A stretch of DNA of 64,000 nucleotides, taken from the NCBI GenBank assembly GCA_027306695.1, contig DAHUZH010000005.1, positions 358 to 64,357 of the forward strand, written 5' to 3'. This DNA comes from Acidobacteriaceae bacterium. Its GTDB lineage: Bacteria; Acidobacteriota; Terriglobia; Terriglobales; Acidobacteriaceae. A program made the translations under genes and the position numbers. Positions 1 through 8,186 of the stretch are shown here, in pieces (the stretch's first letter is position 1; each line of letters begins with the position of its first letter). The notes beneath the pieces were generated by a model. The model was not told the origin of the DNA. It saw only the letters and a program-made list of their open reading frames with translations, and did no database searches.

Positions 1-734
1 ACCATCATCTGGCGGGGCGCGGGATCTGGACCGTGGATCGCGGCGGCGACCGCAAGAAGCTGCTGGAACCCTTGCTGGACAAGGGCTTGCGCTTCGTCAT
101 CCGCTCCACCGGCGAACGCACAGTGGTCGATCGGCGCGGCCGGTTGCGCAGTGTGGCGGAGGTGGCCCTGCGCTGCCCGCTCCGTCATCGGGCGCGCGTG
201 GTGAAGATCGACAAGGGGCAAGAGAAGAGCTACGAGTTACATTACGGCGCCGAACCCATTCGTCTGCCCAAGCGCGCGGAGAAGCTATGGCTGGTGGTCA
301 TCGCCGGCTTCGGCGAGCAGCCCATTATGCTGCTCGCCAACCTCAAACTGCGAGCGCGGGACTCGGAAAGCCTTTGGTGGGCGGCACAAATCTATTGGAC
401 TAGATGGAAAATTGAGGAAACTTTCCGCTTCGTCAAACAGAGTTACAACCTGGAGGACATCCGCGTGCTGAAGTATCAGCGGTTGAAGAACCTGGTTGTG
501 CTGGTGACAGCGGCAGCTTACTTCGCCGCCACCTTCCTTGGACAACAGATGAAGCTGCGCATCCTCACCGAAAAACTGCTGGTCATCTCGCAGCGATTTT
601 TCGGCATTCCGCCCTTCCGCTTCTATGCCCTGGCAGATGGAATTCGCCGTGTTCTCTCCGGCAGCACTTTCCAGCCGCCGCAAAAATCGCCTCCGGACAC
701 GCAGCTCGAACTCGCCTTCATCTGGTCAGCCTGA
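1..734 (+). CDS. IS4-family (DDE_Tnp_1-type) transposase, 3' portion; the 5' end lies left of the window
   Basis: Frame 3 is open from nt 3 (HHLAGRGIWTVDRGGD...) to TGA 732-734, so the tracked ORF 33..734 starts only at the first in-frame GTG. 'YWTRWKIEETFRFVK' fits the Y-x2-R-x3-E-x6-K signature of IS4-type DDE transposases. 'VDRGGD' looks like a catalytic Asp context. Confidence 0.8.
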   Translation, partial: HHLAGRGIWTVDRGGDRKKLLEPLLDKGLRFVIRSTGERTVVDRRGRLRSVAEVALRCPLRHRARVVKIDKGQEKSYELHYGAEPIRLPKRAEKLWLVVIAGFGEQPIMLLANLKLRARDSESLWWAAQIYWTRWKIEETFRFVKQSYNLEDIRVLKYQRLKNLVVLVTAAAYFAATFLGQQMKLRILTEKLLVISQRFFGIPPFRFYALADGIRRVLSGSTFQPPQKSPPDTQLELAFIWSA

Positions 735-764
735 AATTCTGGGGAAAGTCCAAGGATAAAATGC
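1..764 (+). mobile_element. Right-hand part of an insertion sequence (IS4 family); right boundary not determinable
   Basis: Contains the transposase fragment above. The first ~730 nt are visibly more GC-rich (42/60 G+C in the first line) than the AT-rich spacer 735-1014 and the following genes. The left end is outside the window, so terminal inverted repeats cannot be paired. Confidence 0.5.
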
Positions 765-801
765 TTGACAGATGTTTATTCTCTGGATTATTTTCTTATA
801 T

Positions 802-831
802 CGGATCGATGTAAATGGTTACATCGATCCG
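802..831. promoter_or_regulatory. Perfect 13-bp inverted repeat with 4-nt spacer (cggatcgatgtaa-atgg-ttacatcgatccg)
   Basis: Read directly. It lies between the transposase stop (734) and the TBDR start (1015). It could be an operator, an IS-end structure or a weak terminator; function unknown. Confidence 0.3.
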
Positions 832-1014
832 AATTTGTTTTATCAGACAGTGCGATAACTCGAAATTCGTTTGGATGTAGATATTTTGAAGACAGCTCTT
901 TTTGCTCAGAGAGAACGATTACGCGCAGTTATGCGGAAGTGGCGGAACAAAGAAACGGCAGTAGTTAAGACCGGTAAAAAATAAAACATTTTAGAAGATC
1001 ATGAGGAGGCAGCC

Positions 1015-4000
1015 ATGAAGCAGGCAAAAAGACTATGGGTGTGCGCTCTCGCGGCTTGTTTGTTGGTGGCAATTTGCACATCTGCGAACGCACAGACCGT
1101 TTTCGGAGGGATCGCTGGTATTGTGACGGATTCCGTTGGCGCGCTCGTCCCAGGAGCAAAGATCCTTGCGACTAACCAAAAAACAGGCGCCACCTTCCAG
1201 GCGATCTCAACTTCCGCCGGAACCTATCATTTCCCGGAATTGCCTCTGGGCAATTACACAATTACAGCCAGCGCACAAGGGTTTGAGCAGTCAGTTTCCA
1301 CAGACGTCACAGTCAACGTGCAGGTGACGACATCGCTGAACATAAAACTGCAAATAGGCGCAACTTCTCAAACCGTGACTGTCAACGCAAGCGGTCTGCA
1401 CCTGCAAACCCAGACCTCGGACATCACCGGTTCCGTTACCGATCAGGAGTATCTGCAGTTGCCGCTAACTCTTGGCGGTATTGGAGCATTGCGCTCACCG
1501 GAAGCCTTTGAATTTCTCTTGCCGGGCACCACTGGTCCCGGTACCGCGAACAACAATTCCAATGGCATCTTTTTCGCCAGAATTGCGGGTGGCCAAGCCT
1601 TCGGCAATGAAGTCCTGATCGACGGCGTCAGCCAGCAGCGCAGCGAGAACGGCTCCTCCTTTGATGAAGAGGCGCCGTCAGTGGAGGCATTGAACGAACT
1701 TACGGTAACGGAGGCATTGCCTCCCGCCGAATACTCTCGCACCACGGGCGGTATCGAGAACTTCGTCACCAAGAGTGGCACGAACCAATTCCACGGCGAT
1801 GCTTATGATTTAGTGCGAAACACGGCCCTGGATGCCAATCTCTGGTTTAACGGCGGTGAGAAGGCCGTCAGTTGTACTGGGTCGAACGACACGCCAGCCT
1901 GCCGCAGCACCTTTGCCACACCTGTCGATCGTAAGAACGATTATGGCGGAACTCTTGGCGGCCCAGTCTGGATACCCAAAGTCTACGATGGCCACAATAA
2001 GCTCTTTTTCTTCTTCAGTTGGGAACAGTTGCGCTACAACCTGGGAGCAACAACTTTAACAACAGTTCCAACCGCACAAGAATTGTCAGGAGATTTCTCC
2101 AATCCAGCTATTTTTCAGACCAGCAAGGTACTCGGCACGAATCCATGCGATGGGACCCCGATTTATCAGGGACAGATTTTCGATCCAACGACAACGCGAA
2201 CAGTCATACTTCCCAATGGCGCCAGTATTTTGTGCCGTACCGCATTTCCTGGCAATAAGATCCCTACAGCCCGCTTTGCACAGGTCGCAAAAAATCTGCT
2301 CGGGTATTTTCCTGCTCCTACGAATAATCAGGTTTTCAACAATTTTTCCTTCGCCAGCGCTTCACCCATTGAAAATACAACGTACACCGTTCGCATCGAT
2401 GCAAACGTCACGGAAAAAAGCAAGCTGTGGAGTTCCTACAGTTCCCGCGATAACAACCGCATTGCTGGAACGCCCCAGATACTTCCCTATCCCATCGATC
2501 CAAACACCTGGAAACAGGATTTTGAAACGCACTTCTGGCGTATCGGCTGGGATTACTCCTTTACTCCGAATGTGCTGAATAATTTTATCTTTGGAACCAA
2601 CCGCAGTAACAGCAAGAACTTTGCAGTGCCGATTATCACGGGCACAAATTGGATGAAGCAACTCGGCGTCGGCAATGCTGTTTCTAATAATTTCCCGGTC
2701 ATCACCAACGGGTTTACCGACCAGGAAGGCATGCCGAATAACGGCGATAATATCGATAACGGATTGCGACTCAACGATAGTGTCGCCTGGCAAAAAGGCG
2801 CGCATAGTATTACTTTGGGCGTTGACCTTCGTTATCAACAATACTCGCCAATCAACGGCAATTCTCCCTCGATTGGCTTCTGTACACAGCAAACCGCGGC
2901 CGATCCTAACCAGCCTTTGACCGGCAATGGGGTGGCCAGTGAACTGCTCGGCGATGCCTGCGGCGGAAGCCAGAACATTTATGCGCATCAGTCGCGGTGG
3001 ATCTCCTGGTACTATTCCGGATTTGCCCAGGACAACTGGCAGGTAAATCAGGATCTGACTCTGAATCTTGGCCTGAATTACAGCGTGGACGTTCCTCGCC
3101 ACGAGGCCATCAACTATACATCGAACTTCAGCCGAACGGCGATCGATCCAGAATACGGCGTGCCGGGTGCGCTGGTGTTTGGTACAGAATGTAAGGGTTG
3201 TAATACTGCATGGGCAAGTACATGGTTTAAGGACCTCGGTCCCCGTGTTGGTTTTGCATATACGCCAGCCTTTTTAGATCGTAAGACAGTTCTACGCGGT
3301 GGGGCCGGCATTCTCTATGGTCCGCTTCAGTATGACGATTTTGGCGGCGCTATGAATGCTGGATACAAGTCCAATCCGAATTTCCCGTCAAAGAATGGAT
3401 TTGATCCGTCTTTCCAGATCGACAGCGGCTACCCCGCCTTTGCGCAGCCTCCCAACCTAGATCCGGGCCAGTTCAACGGTTCCTTTCTGCCTGGCTCTTA
3501 TATCGAAAAGCGCGCCGGACGTCCTGCCACTGTTTACAACTTCAATATGCAGGTACAGCAGCAGTTGGCCAAAGACCTCATCATGACTGTCGGCTTTATA
3601 GGAAGCGAGGCGCAGAATCTGCAAGCGAATGTGCAAAACATTAACAACATTTCCTTGCCACAGATCAGTCTTGGCGATGAGCTTAGCAGTCCTTTGCTGA
3701 ACAACGGCTATGGTGTAAACGCTCCTTTTCCCGGCTACTTTCAGTTATGGGGCAATGGTGTTCAGGTGCAGCAGGCTTTGCGGCCATTTCCGCAATATGA
3801 CTTTATCGATTCGGGCTGCTGCCTGGAAAATCCCGGACACTCCAGCTACGATGCAATGGTGGCTTCGCTCTCGCGTCAATTCCAAAACGGGCTGGAGTTG
3901 CAGGTGTCCTACACTTGGGCAAAGAACATCACGGATGCAGACAGCATCTTGCCAAATACCAATCCAGGCGACCCCCAAGTCCAGAATCCCTCGGATCTGC

Positions 4001-4698
4001 GTCAGGAAAAATCCATCAGCATTCAAGACATACCGCAAACGCTGGTCATAAGTTATCTATATGACTTGCCATTTGGTACAGGGAAACCGTTCCTGAGTGG
4101 CAGTAGACTTCTCAATTACATTGCAGGCGGTTGGGAAATCGGTGGCATACAACGCTACCAGTCCGGTCAGCCATTGTCCTTCTGTTGCGCGAGCGGCATC
4201 CCCGGATGGGAGCAGGCCATTTACTACAATCGCACGCTGGGTTCCCATATAGCTAGCGCTGCATATAGGAAAGGTGGGCAAAAGGCGCTCAATCCTTTTG
4301 ATACAGGAGGCGGCTCTAACCCAAATATCAATAGTATGTTTAACGGTGCGGTTGACAATCCCGCATACGCAGGCAACTCGAACGGTGCAACTGCGGCCTT
4401 TATCGACGATAACCTGGAAAAATACCGTCACGCAGGGGCATTTCACCTTGGCAATGTTCCACGCATCGTGGGCAGCATTCGAACGCCACCCTATTATGAA
4501 GAGGACTTCAGTTTAATGAAGTCTGTCATCATCCGCGGCGAGACGAATTTCGAGTTAAAGTTCGACATCCTGAACGCGTTGAACCGGCACTCCTTCGGGA
4601 CACCAGATACGAATCCAAATGATTTTCTGTTTGGCGTGCCAACGTACAGCCAAGAGGCCCCGCGAGCGATTCAGGTTACGGGAAAGATCAACTTTTAA
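1015..4698 (+). CDS. TonB-dependent outer-membrane receptor with N-terminal carboxypeptidase-regulatory-like domain
   Basis: 1227-aa ORF with GAGGAGG 5 nt upstream of ATG 1015. Signal peptide ends ...TSANAQ. N-terminal 'GIVTDSVGALVPGAKILATNQKTG...YHFPELPLGNYTITASAQGF' is CarboxypepD_reg-like. A long Gly/Asn/Tyr-rich barrel follows, ending ...TGKINF (terminal Phe of OM beta-barrels). Confidence 0.9.
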   Translation: MKQAKRLWVCALAACLLVAICTSANAQTVFGGIAGIVTDSVGALVPGAKILATNQKTGATFQAISTSAGTYHFPELPLGNYTITASAQGFEQSVSTDVTVNVQVTTSLNIKLQIGATSQTVTVNASGLHLQTQTSDITGSVTDQEYLQLPLTLGGIGALRSPEAFEFLLPGTTGPGTANNNSNGIFFARIAGGQAFGNEVLIDGVSQQRSENGSSFDEEAPSVEALNELTVTEALPPAEYSRTTGGIENFVTKSGTNQFHGDAYDLVRNTALDANLWFNGGEKAVSCTGSNDTPACRSTFATPVDRKNDYGGTLGGPVWIPKVYDGHNKLFFFFSWEQLRYNLGATTLTTVPTAQELSGDFSNPAIFQTSKVLGTNPCDGTPIYQGQIFDPTTTRTVILPNGASILCRTAFPGNKIPTARFAQVAKNLLGYFPAPTNNQVFNNFSFASASPIENTTYTVRIDANVTEKSKLWSSYSSRDNNRIAGTPQILPYPIDPNTWKQDFETHFWRIGWDYSFTPNVLNNFIFGTNRSNSKNFAVPIITGTNWMKQLGVGNAVSNNFPVITNGFTDQEGMPNNGDNIDNGLRLNDSVAWQKGAHSITLGVDLRYQQYSPINGNSPSIGFCTQQTAADPNQPLTGNGVASELLGDACGGSQNIYAHQSRWISWYYSGFAQDNWQVNQDLTLNLGLNYSVDVPRHEAINYTSNFSRTAIDPEYGVPGALVFGTECKGCNTAWASTWFKDLGPRVGFAYTPAFLDRKTVLRGGAGILYGPLQYDDFGGAMNAGYKSNPNFPSKNGFDPSFQIDSGYPAFAQPPNLDPGQFNGSFLPGSYIEKRAGRPATVYNFNMQVQQQLAKDLIMTVGFIGSEAQNLQANVQNINNISLPQISLGDELSSPLLNNGYGVNAPFPGYFQLWGNGVQVQQALRPFPQYDFIDSGCCLENPGHSSYDAMVASLSRQFQNGLELQVSYTWAKNITDADSILPNTNPGDPQVQNPSDLRQEKSISIQDIPQTLVISYLYDLPFGTGKPFLSGSRLLNYIAGGWEIGGIQRYQSGQPLSFCCASGIPGWEQAIYYNRTLGSHIASAAYRKGGQKALNPFDTGGGSNPNINSMFNGAVDNPAYAGNSNGATAAFIDDNLEKYRHAGAFHLGNVPRIVGSIRTPPYYEEDFSLMKSVIIRGETNFELKFDILNALNRHSFGTPDTNPNDFLFGVPTYSQEAPRAIQVTGKINF

Positions 4699-4726
4699 TT
4701 CTCCTGTATGGAGGGAAAGCCTCTCT

Positions 4727-4765
4727 GGGCAGGCGCTGGTATAAGGCTCCTGCCCTTTTTCTTTT
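4727..4765 (+). terminator. Candidate rho-independent terminator after the TBDR
   Basis: Stem gggcagg (4727-4733) pairs with cctgccc (4749-4755), with a 15-nt loop, followed by tttttctttt (4756-4765). Confidence 0.55.
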
Positions 4766-4835
4766 AAGCGATGTAGAGGGATTGGCAGGTCATTTTGCAC
4801 GCTCAGTTTAGCGGCTGACCATAAATATCCGAAGA

Positions 4836-5909
4836 TTGACAGTGCTTCGCGCAGTGCGGAAGATAATTTATGTGAGTGGGACAAGCATCATTCGAGAATC
4901 CATTGTCGGAATAGCGATCTGCTTGTCTGCTACGCTACTCCATGCACAAGCCGCACAAGATGGTAGTTATACTGAAGGTCGTACTGCCTACAACGCGCAG
5001 CAATACTCCAAGGCCGTCTCACTGCTGGCCAAGGCCAACATAGAACATCCAGATAAGACCGATGCGCTGCTCTACGAGGGCAAGGCGTTGGCCCACCTTG
5101 CACGCCTGCCGGAGGCGGAACGGGCGCTAACGAAATATCTTCAATTGCATCCGGATTCCATTGAAGCCCTGGAAGCACTGGGAGCGGTCCTGCAGAGAGA
5201 GAACAAGCCGACCGATTCGCTGAAGACTTTTACCAGGGCGGCCCAGTTGCGCACACCCAGTTCTGCCGATTTGAATTTCGTCGCTCTCGATTATGTTTTG
5301 CTGAACGACTACACGGACGCCATTCATTGGCTGCAAAAAGCGGTTGCATTCGACGCCAACAATGGGCAGGCATGGTATGACCTGGGACGATGCTATTACA
5401 CGCAGAGCCGCTTTCCCGATGCGGAGAGCGCGTTCGAGCGCGCCCAGACGCTGATGTCGGGCGATGTGCGTGTGCCTGAAAATCTGGCGCTCACGCTGGA
5501 CGCAGAAAATCGCCCATCGGCGGCAGATCGGCAGTACCGCAAGGCAGTCGAACTGGCTCGCAAAAACCACACCTCCGGCGAGTGGCCTTATCTCAATTAC
5601 GGGACCTTCCTGCTCAATCAGGATCGCGCTGCGGAGGCCGTACCACAGCTTGAGTCCGCTATTGCAGCGAACTCGAAGTGTGCCGAGTGCCACGCGATGC
5701 TGGGCCGCGCTTTAGCTGCGACTGGCAAAATTACGGAAGGAGTGCATGAGCTGGAGCAGGCGGTCACGCTCGCGCCGAATGATCCCAAGGCGCACTATCA
5801 ACTAGGGCGCTTGTATCGCCAGGCCGGGGAGCAGGCGCAGGCCAAAGAGCAATTTACTCTTAGCGCAAAGCTCTACGGATCGAAGTCGCAGAGCGGTCAT
5901 ATTCAATGA
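4836..5909 (+). CDS. TPR-repeat protein, probably exported
   Basis: 357-aa ORF with repeated Ala/Tyr/Leu-patterned 34-residue units (e.g. AWYDLGRCYYTQSRFPDAESAFERAQ). Hydrophobic N-terminus ...AICLSATLLHAQA. Start is uncertain: TTG 4836 or in-frame GTG 4872. Confidence 0.75.
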   Translation: MTVLRAVRKIIYVSGTSIIRESIVGIAICLSATLLHAQAAQDGSYTEGRTAYNAQQYSKAVSLLAKANIEHPDKTDALLYEGKALAHLARLPEAERALTKYLQLHPDSIEALEALGAVLQRENKPTDSLKTFTRAAQLRTPSSADLNFVALDYVLLNDYTDAIHWLQKAVAFDANNGQAWYDLGRCYYTQSRFPDAESAFERAQTLMSGDVRVPENLALTLDAENRPSAADRQYRKAVELARKNHTSGEWPYLNYGTFLLNQDRAAEAVPQLESAIAANSKCAECHAMLGRALAATGKITEGVHELEQAVTLAPNDPKAHYQLGRLYRQAGEQAQAKEQFTLSAKLYGSKSQSGHIQ

Positions 5910-6847
5910 GGCGAACTGCTACATTTTCGATGATGCTGCTTGGTCTGGTCTTGCTTACTGACGCACAGTCACGCCAAAGCGTATCGGAGCAACCTGCGGT
6001 GGCCCCAACGGATGCTGCAATGAAGCCGTTTGAAGCCGTGCTCACAACACATCCGCAGGACGAAGTTGCGCGGAAAGGCGAGGTGAAGGCAGCCGCTGCC
6101 GAAGCGCTGTCGTTGCGTAACGCGGGAGCGATGGATGCGGCGCTGGCCGTTTTGGCGCGGGCGCGGAGGTATGTTCCAAACGATCCAAGCCTGCTCATGG
6201 ACTTCGGTATTCAGGCCAATTCGATGCATCTCTACCGCGACGCGGAAGCAGCGCTAGAGCAGGCGCATAAGTTCGCGCCGGATGACCCAAAAATCTTATA
6301 CGGTTTGGCGCATGTCGAGCTGGACGAGCAGAAGATGCCGCAGGCGGAGGCCGATCTACGCGCGTATTTGAAGATGTGTCCGGATGACGCCACAGCGCAC
6401 TACGGCCTGGGTCTCCTGCTGCACATGATGGTGAAGGACGATGAAGCTAAGCTGGAACTGGAGCGCTCGCTCAAACTGGAGCCACAACAGACGGAAAGCT
6501 GGTATGAGCTGGGCGAGATTGCGTTCGACCGGCATGAAGATGCCGAGGCCAGAGCCGACTACGAGAAAGTGTTGCAGCGGGATCCAACGCATGGCGGCGC
6601 GCTGACTGGGATGGGCATCCTTGCTTATCGCGCCAAGGACTATCCATCCGCTGAGCGCTACCTAAGCCAGGCGGTTGTCGATGCTCCTAATTACCCTGCG
6701 GCACACCGCTTCTACGCCATGCTGCTGACGCGGCTAGGCAAGAAGCTGCAGGCGGACCGGGAAGACGAACAGGCGCGTAGCCTGACCGAGCAGCAGAACC
6801 AGCTTCAGCATGGTTATGTCCTGTACAAAACGCCGCAAACCAAATGA
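5906..6847 (+). CDS. TPR-repeat protein, probably exported
   Basis: 313-aa ORF with signal-like MRRTATFSMMLLGLVLLTDAQS and TPR units (SWYELGEIAFDRHEDAEARADYEKVLQRDP). ATGA start/stop overlap with the upstream TPR gene at 5906-5909. Confidence 0.8.
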   Translation: MRRTATFSMMLLGLVLLTDAQSRQSVSEQPAVAPTDAAMKPFEAVLTTHPQDEVARKGEVKAAAAEALSLRNAGAMDAALAVLARARRYVPNDPSLLMDFGIQANSMHLYRDAEAALEQAHKFAPDDPKILYGLAHVELDEQKMPQAEADLRAYLKMCPDDATAHYGLGLLLHMMVKDDEAKLELERSLKLEPQQTESWYELGEIAFDRHEDAEARADYEKVLQRDPTHGGALTGMGILAYRAKDYPSAERYLSQAVVDAPNYPAAHRFYAMLLTRLGKKLQADREDEQARSLTEQQNQLQHGYVLYKTPQTK

Positions 6848-7190
6848 CGGGTAGATGCCATGCCCTTTAGGCCTGGCTTTTCCATGGAGTAGATTTGCGA
6901 AATTTTCAGACGCTCCTTCGGGAGAACGCACTAAAATTGCTTGACACTTTCATCTACTGGGAATATGGATCAATTTATTTCAGCATTGAGCTGGTATGCT
7001 CTGTACATGCGACGGTTGGTCTTAGCAAACAGCGTGATCGTTTCGGCTAATCAAAGCTGGCCTTGTCCGTGATGGCAAGAAATTTTCCCTGAAAACCGCG
7101 CTAAACCCAGATATGGTCTCTCGATCTGCTTCAGAAGCGGCCACCTCTCTTGTTTGAAAACGAATTGGGGCGCAAATCAGAGCGCACTTT

Positions 7191-7290
7191 AAGGAACCTC
7201 TGCAAACGTCTGCTGAGAACGCGCCATTCCCTTCATGCCTTCAGTCTATTCAAGAATGACGCGGCTTGCAGACGTTTGCAGAGGTTCCTT
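7191..7290. repeat. 23-bp perfect inverted repeat (aaggaacctctgcaaacgtctgc at 7191-7213; gcagacgtttgcagaggttcctt at 7268-7290) separated by 54 nt
   Basis: Read directly. An imperfect extension (gcgcac) flanks both arms. The right arm lies inside the DeoR-remnant ORF. The left arm ends immediately before the in-frame TGA (7214-7216) that closes that frame upstream. Confidence 0.9.
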
Positions 7291-7660
7291 AGGTGTGCGC
7301 GGCATCCAGTTGATTATTGCCGGTGGAACGCTGCGTGACGACTCACTTTCCATTGTTGGCCATTTTGCGGAAGAAATGCTGGAACATTTTTCTGCCGATA
7401 AATTCTTCCTGGGCGCTGCTGCCTGCGACATAAACTTCGGTATTTGCACTCCGAACATGGCGGAAGCCCGCATGAACCAGGCCATGGTTCGCATTGCCCG
7501 CGAGAAGATACTGGTGGCCGATTCCAGTAAATTCCAACGCCGCAGCCTGTGCCGCATCGTGCTGCTCAGCGAAATCGACAAGGTCATCACCGATACCGGC
7601 CTTCCCGAAGAATTACAGCAACAGATTCGCGCTCTCGGCCCCGTACTTGTTCTCGTCTGA
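7235..7660 (+). pseudogene. DeoR/GlpR-family regulator remnant: C-terminal effector-binding half only, no HTH
   Basis: The 141-aa ORF matches only the DeoR C-terminal domain: 'IQLIIAGGTLRDDSLSIVGHFAEEMLEHFSADKFFLGAAACDINFGICT...KILVADSSKFQRRSLCRIVLLSEIDKVITD'. The frame is closed by TGA at 7214-7216. No winged-helix N-terminus is found in any frame of 6848-7234. Confidence 0.65.
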
Positions 7661-7987
7661 GCAGCGATTTTCCTGCACGCACCTGCGAACCTTCGATCGC
7701 CATTGCCCCCGCTCCACCTCAAATCAGTATCGATTTCAAGTGATATTGCCTGACAGCGTTCTTTGACACAGAAACAGATTTTCAAGAGCTGCTATCTTTC
7801 TATTTCCAAGCAAATTGAAAGATGTGAAGTCAATGGGCTGCCACCCTAATTCCCCTTCCCCGGACTTCAACCCCGATCGAGAAGTGCTGATCCAAGCCCA
7901 AGCAGCCACTCGCGTTTTGATAACCCGCACCCTCCGCGATTTTCCACAAGCAGCTTGACGTCACCCATGCGGAATTTAATTTTTAAG

Positions 7988-8016
7988 TTGACACGGACTC
8001 GAAATCTCTCTACATT
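7988..8016 (+). promoter_or_regulatory. Candidate sigma70-like promoter (TTGACA-17 nt-TACATT)
   Basis: ttgaca at 7988-7993, a 17-nt spacer, then tacatt at 8011-8016, in an AT-rich spacer ~170 nt upstream of ATG 8187. Acidobacterial promoter consensus is poorly defined, so this is weak. Confidence 0.3.
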
Positions 8017-8186
8017 AATTTTGTTTTCATAGGTTTTCAGCCTAAATAACGGTCGGATTCCCCCTCCCGCTGGTTTCTTAACTAGATTGACGCCTAACCC
8101 ACATGAGATGCACAACAGCGCAAGGTCTCGCCGGAACGGATTGCACACCAGAATCCGCCGGGAAAAACCTCGGGAGTTATATTCAA

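Noticed and set aside
765-968. 67-aa ORF in the AT-rich spacer between the IS and TBDR1
   Set aside because: It has no RBS and an odd composition, and it spans the 13-bp palindrome. It is more likely non-coding leader or IS-flank sequence.
735-1014. Possible riboswitch (e.g. cobalamin) in TBDR leaders; 15629-16238 and 50509-50866 were also checked
   Set aside because: I could not find a B12-box-like GCCACTG core or any other riboswitch core I know by eye. This is a weak negative; an Infernal/Rfam scan is the proper test.
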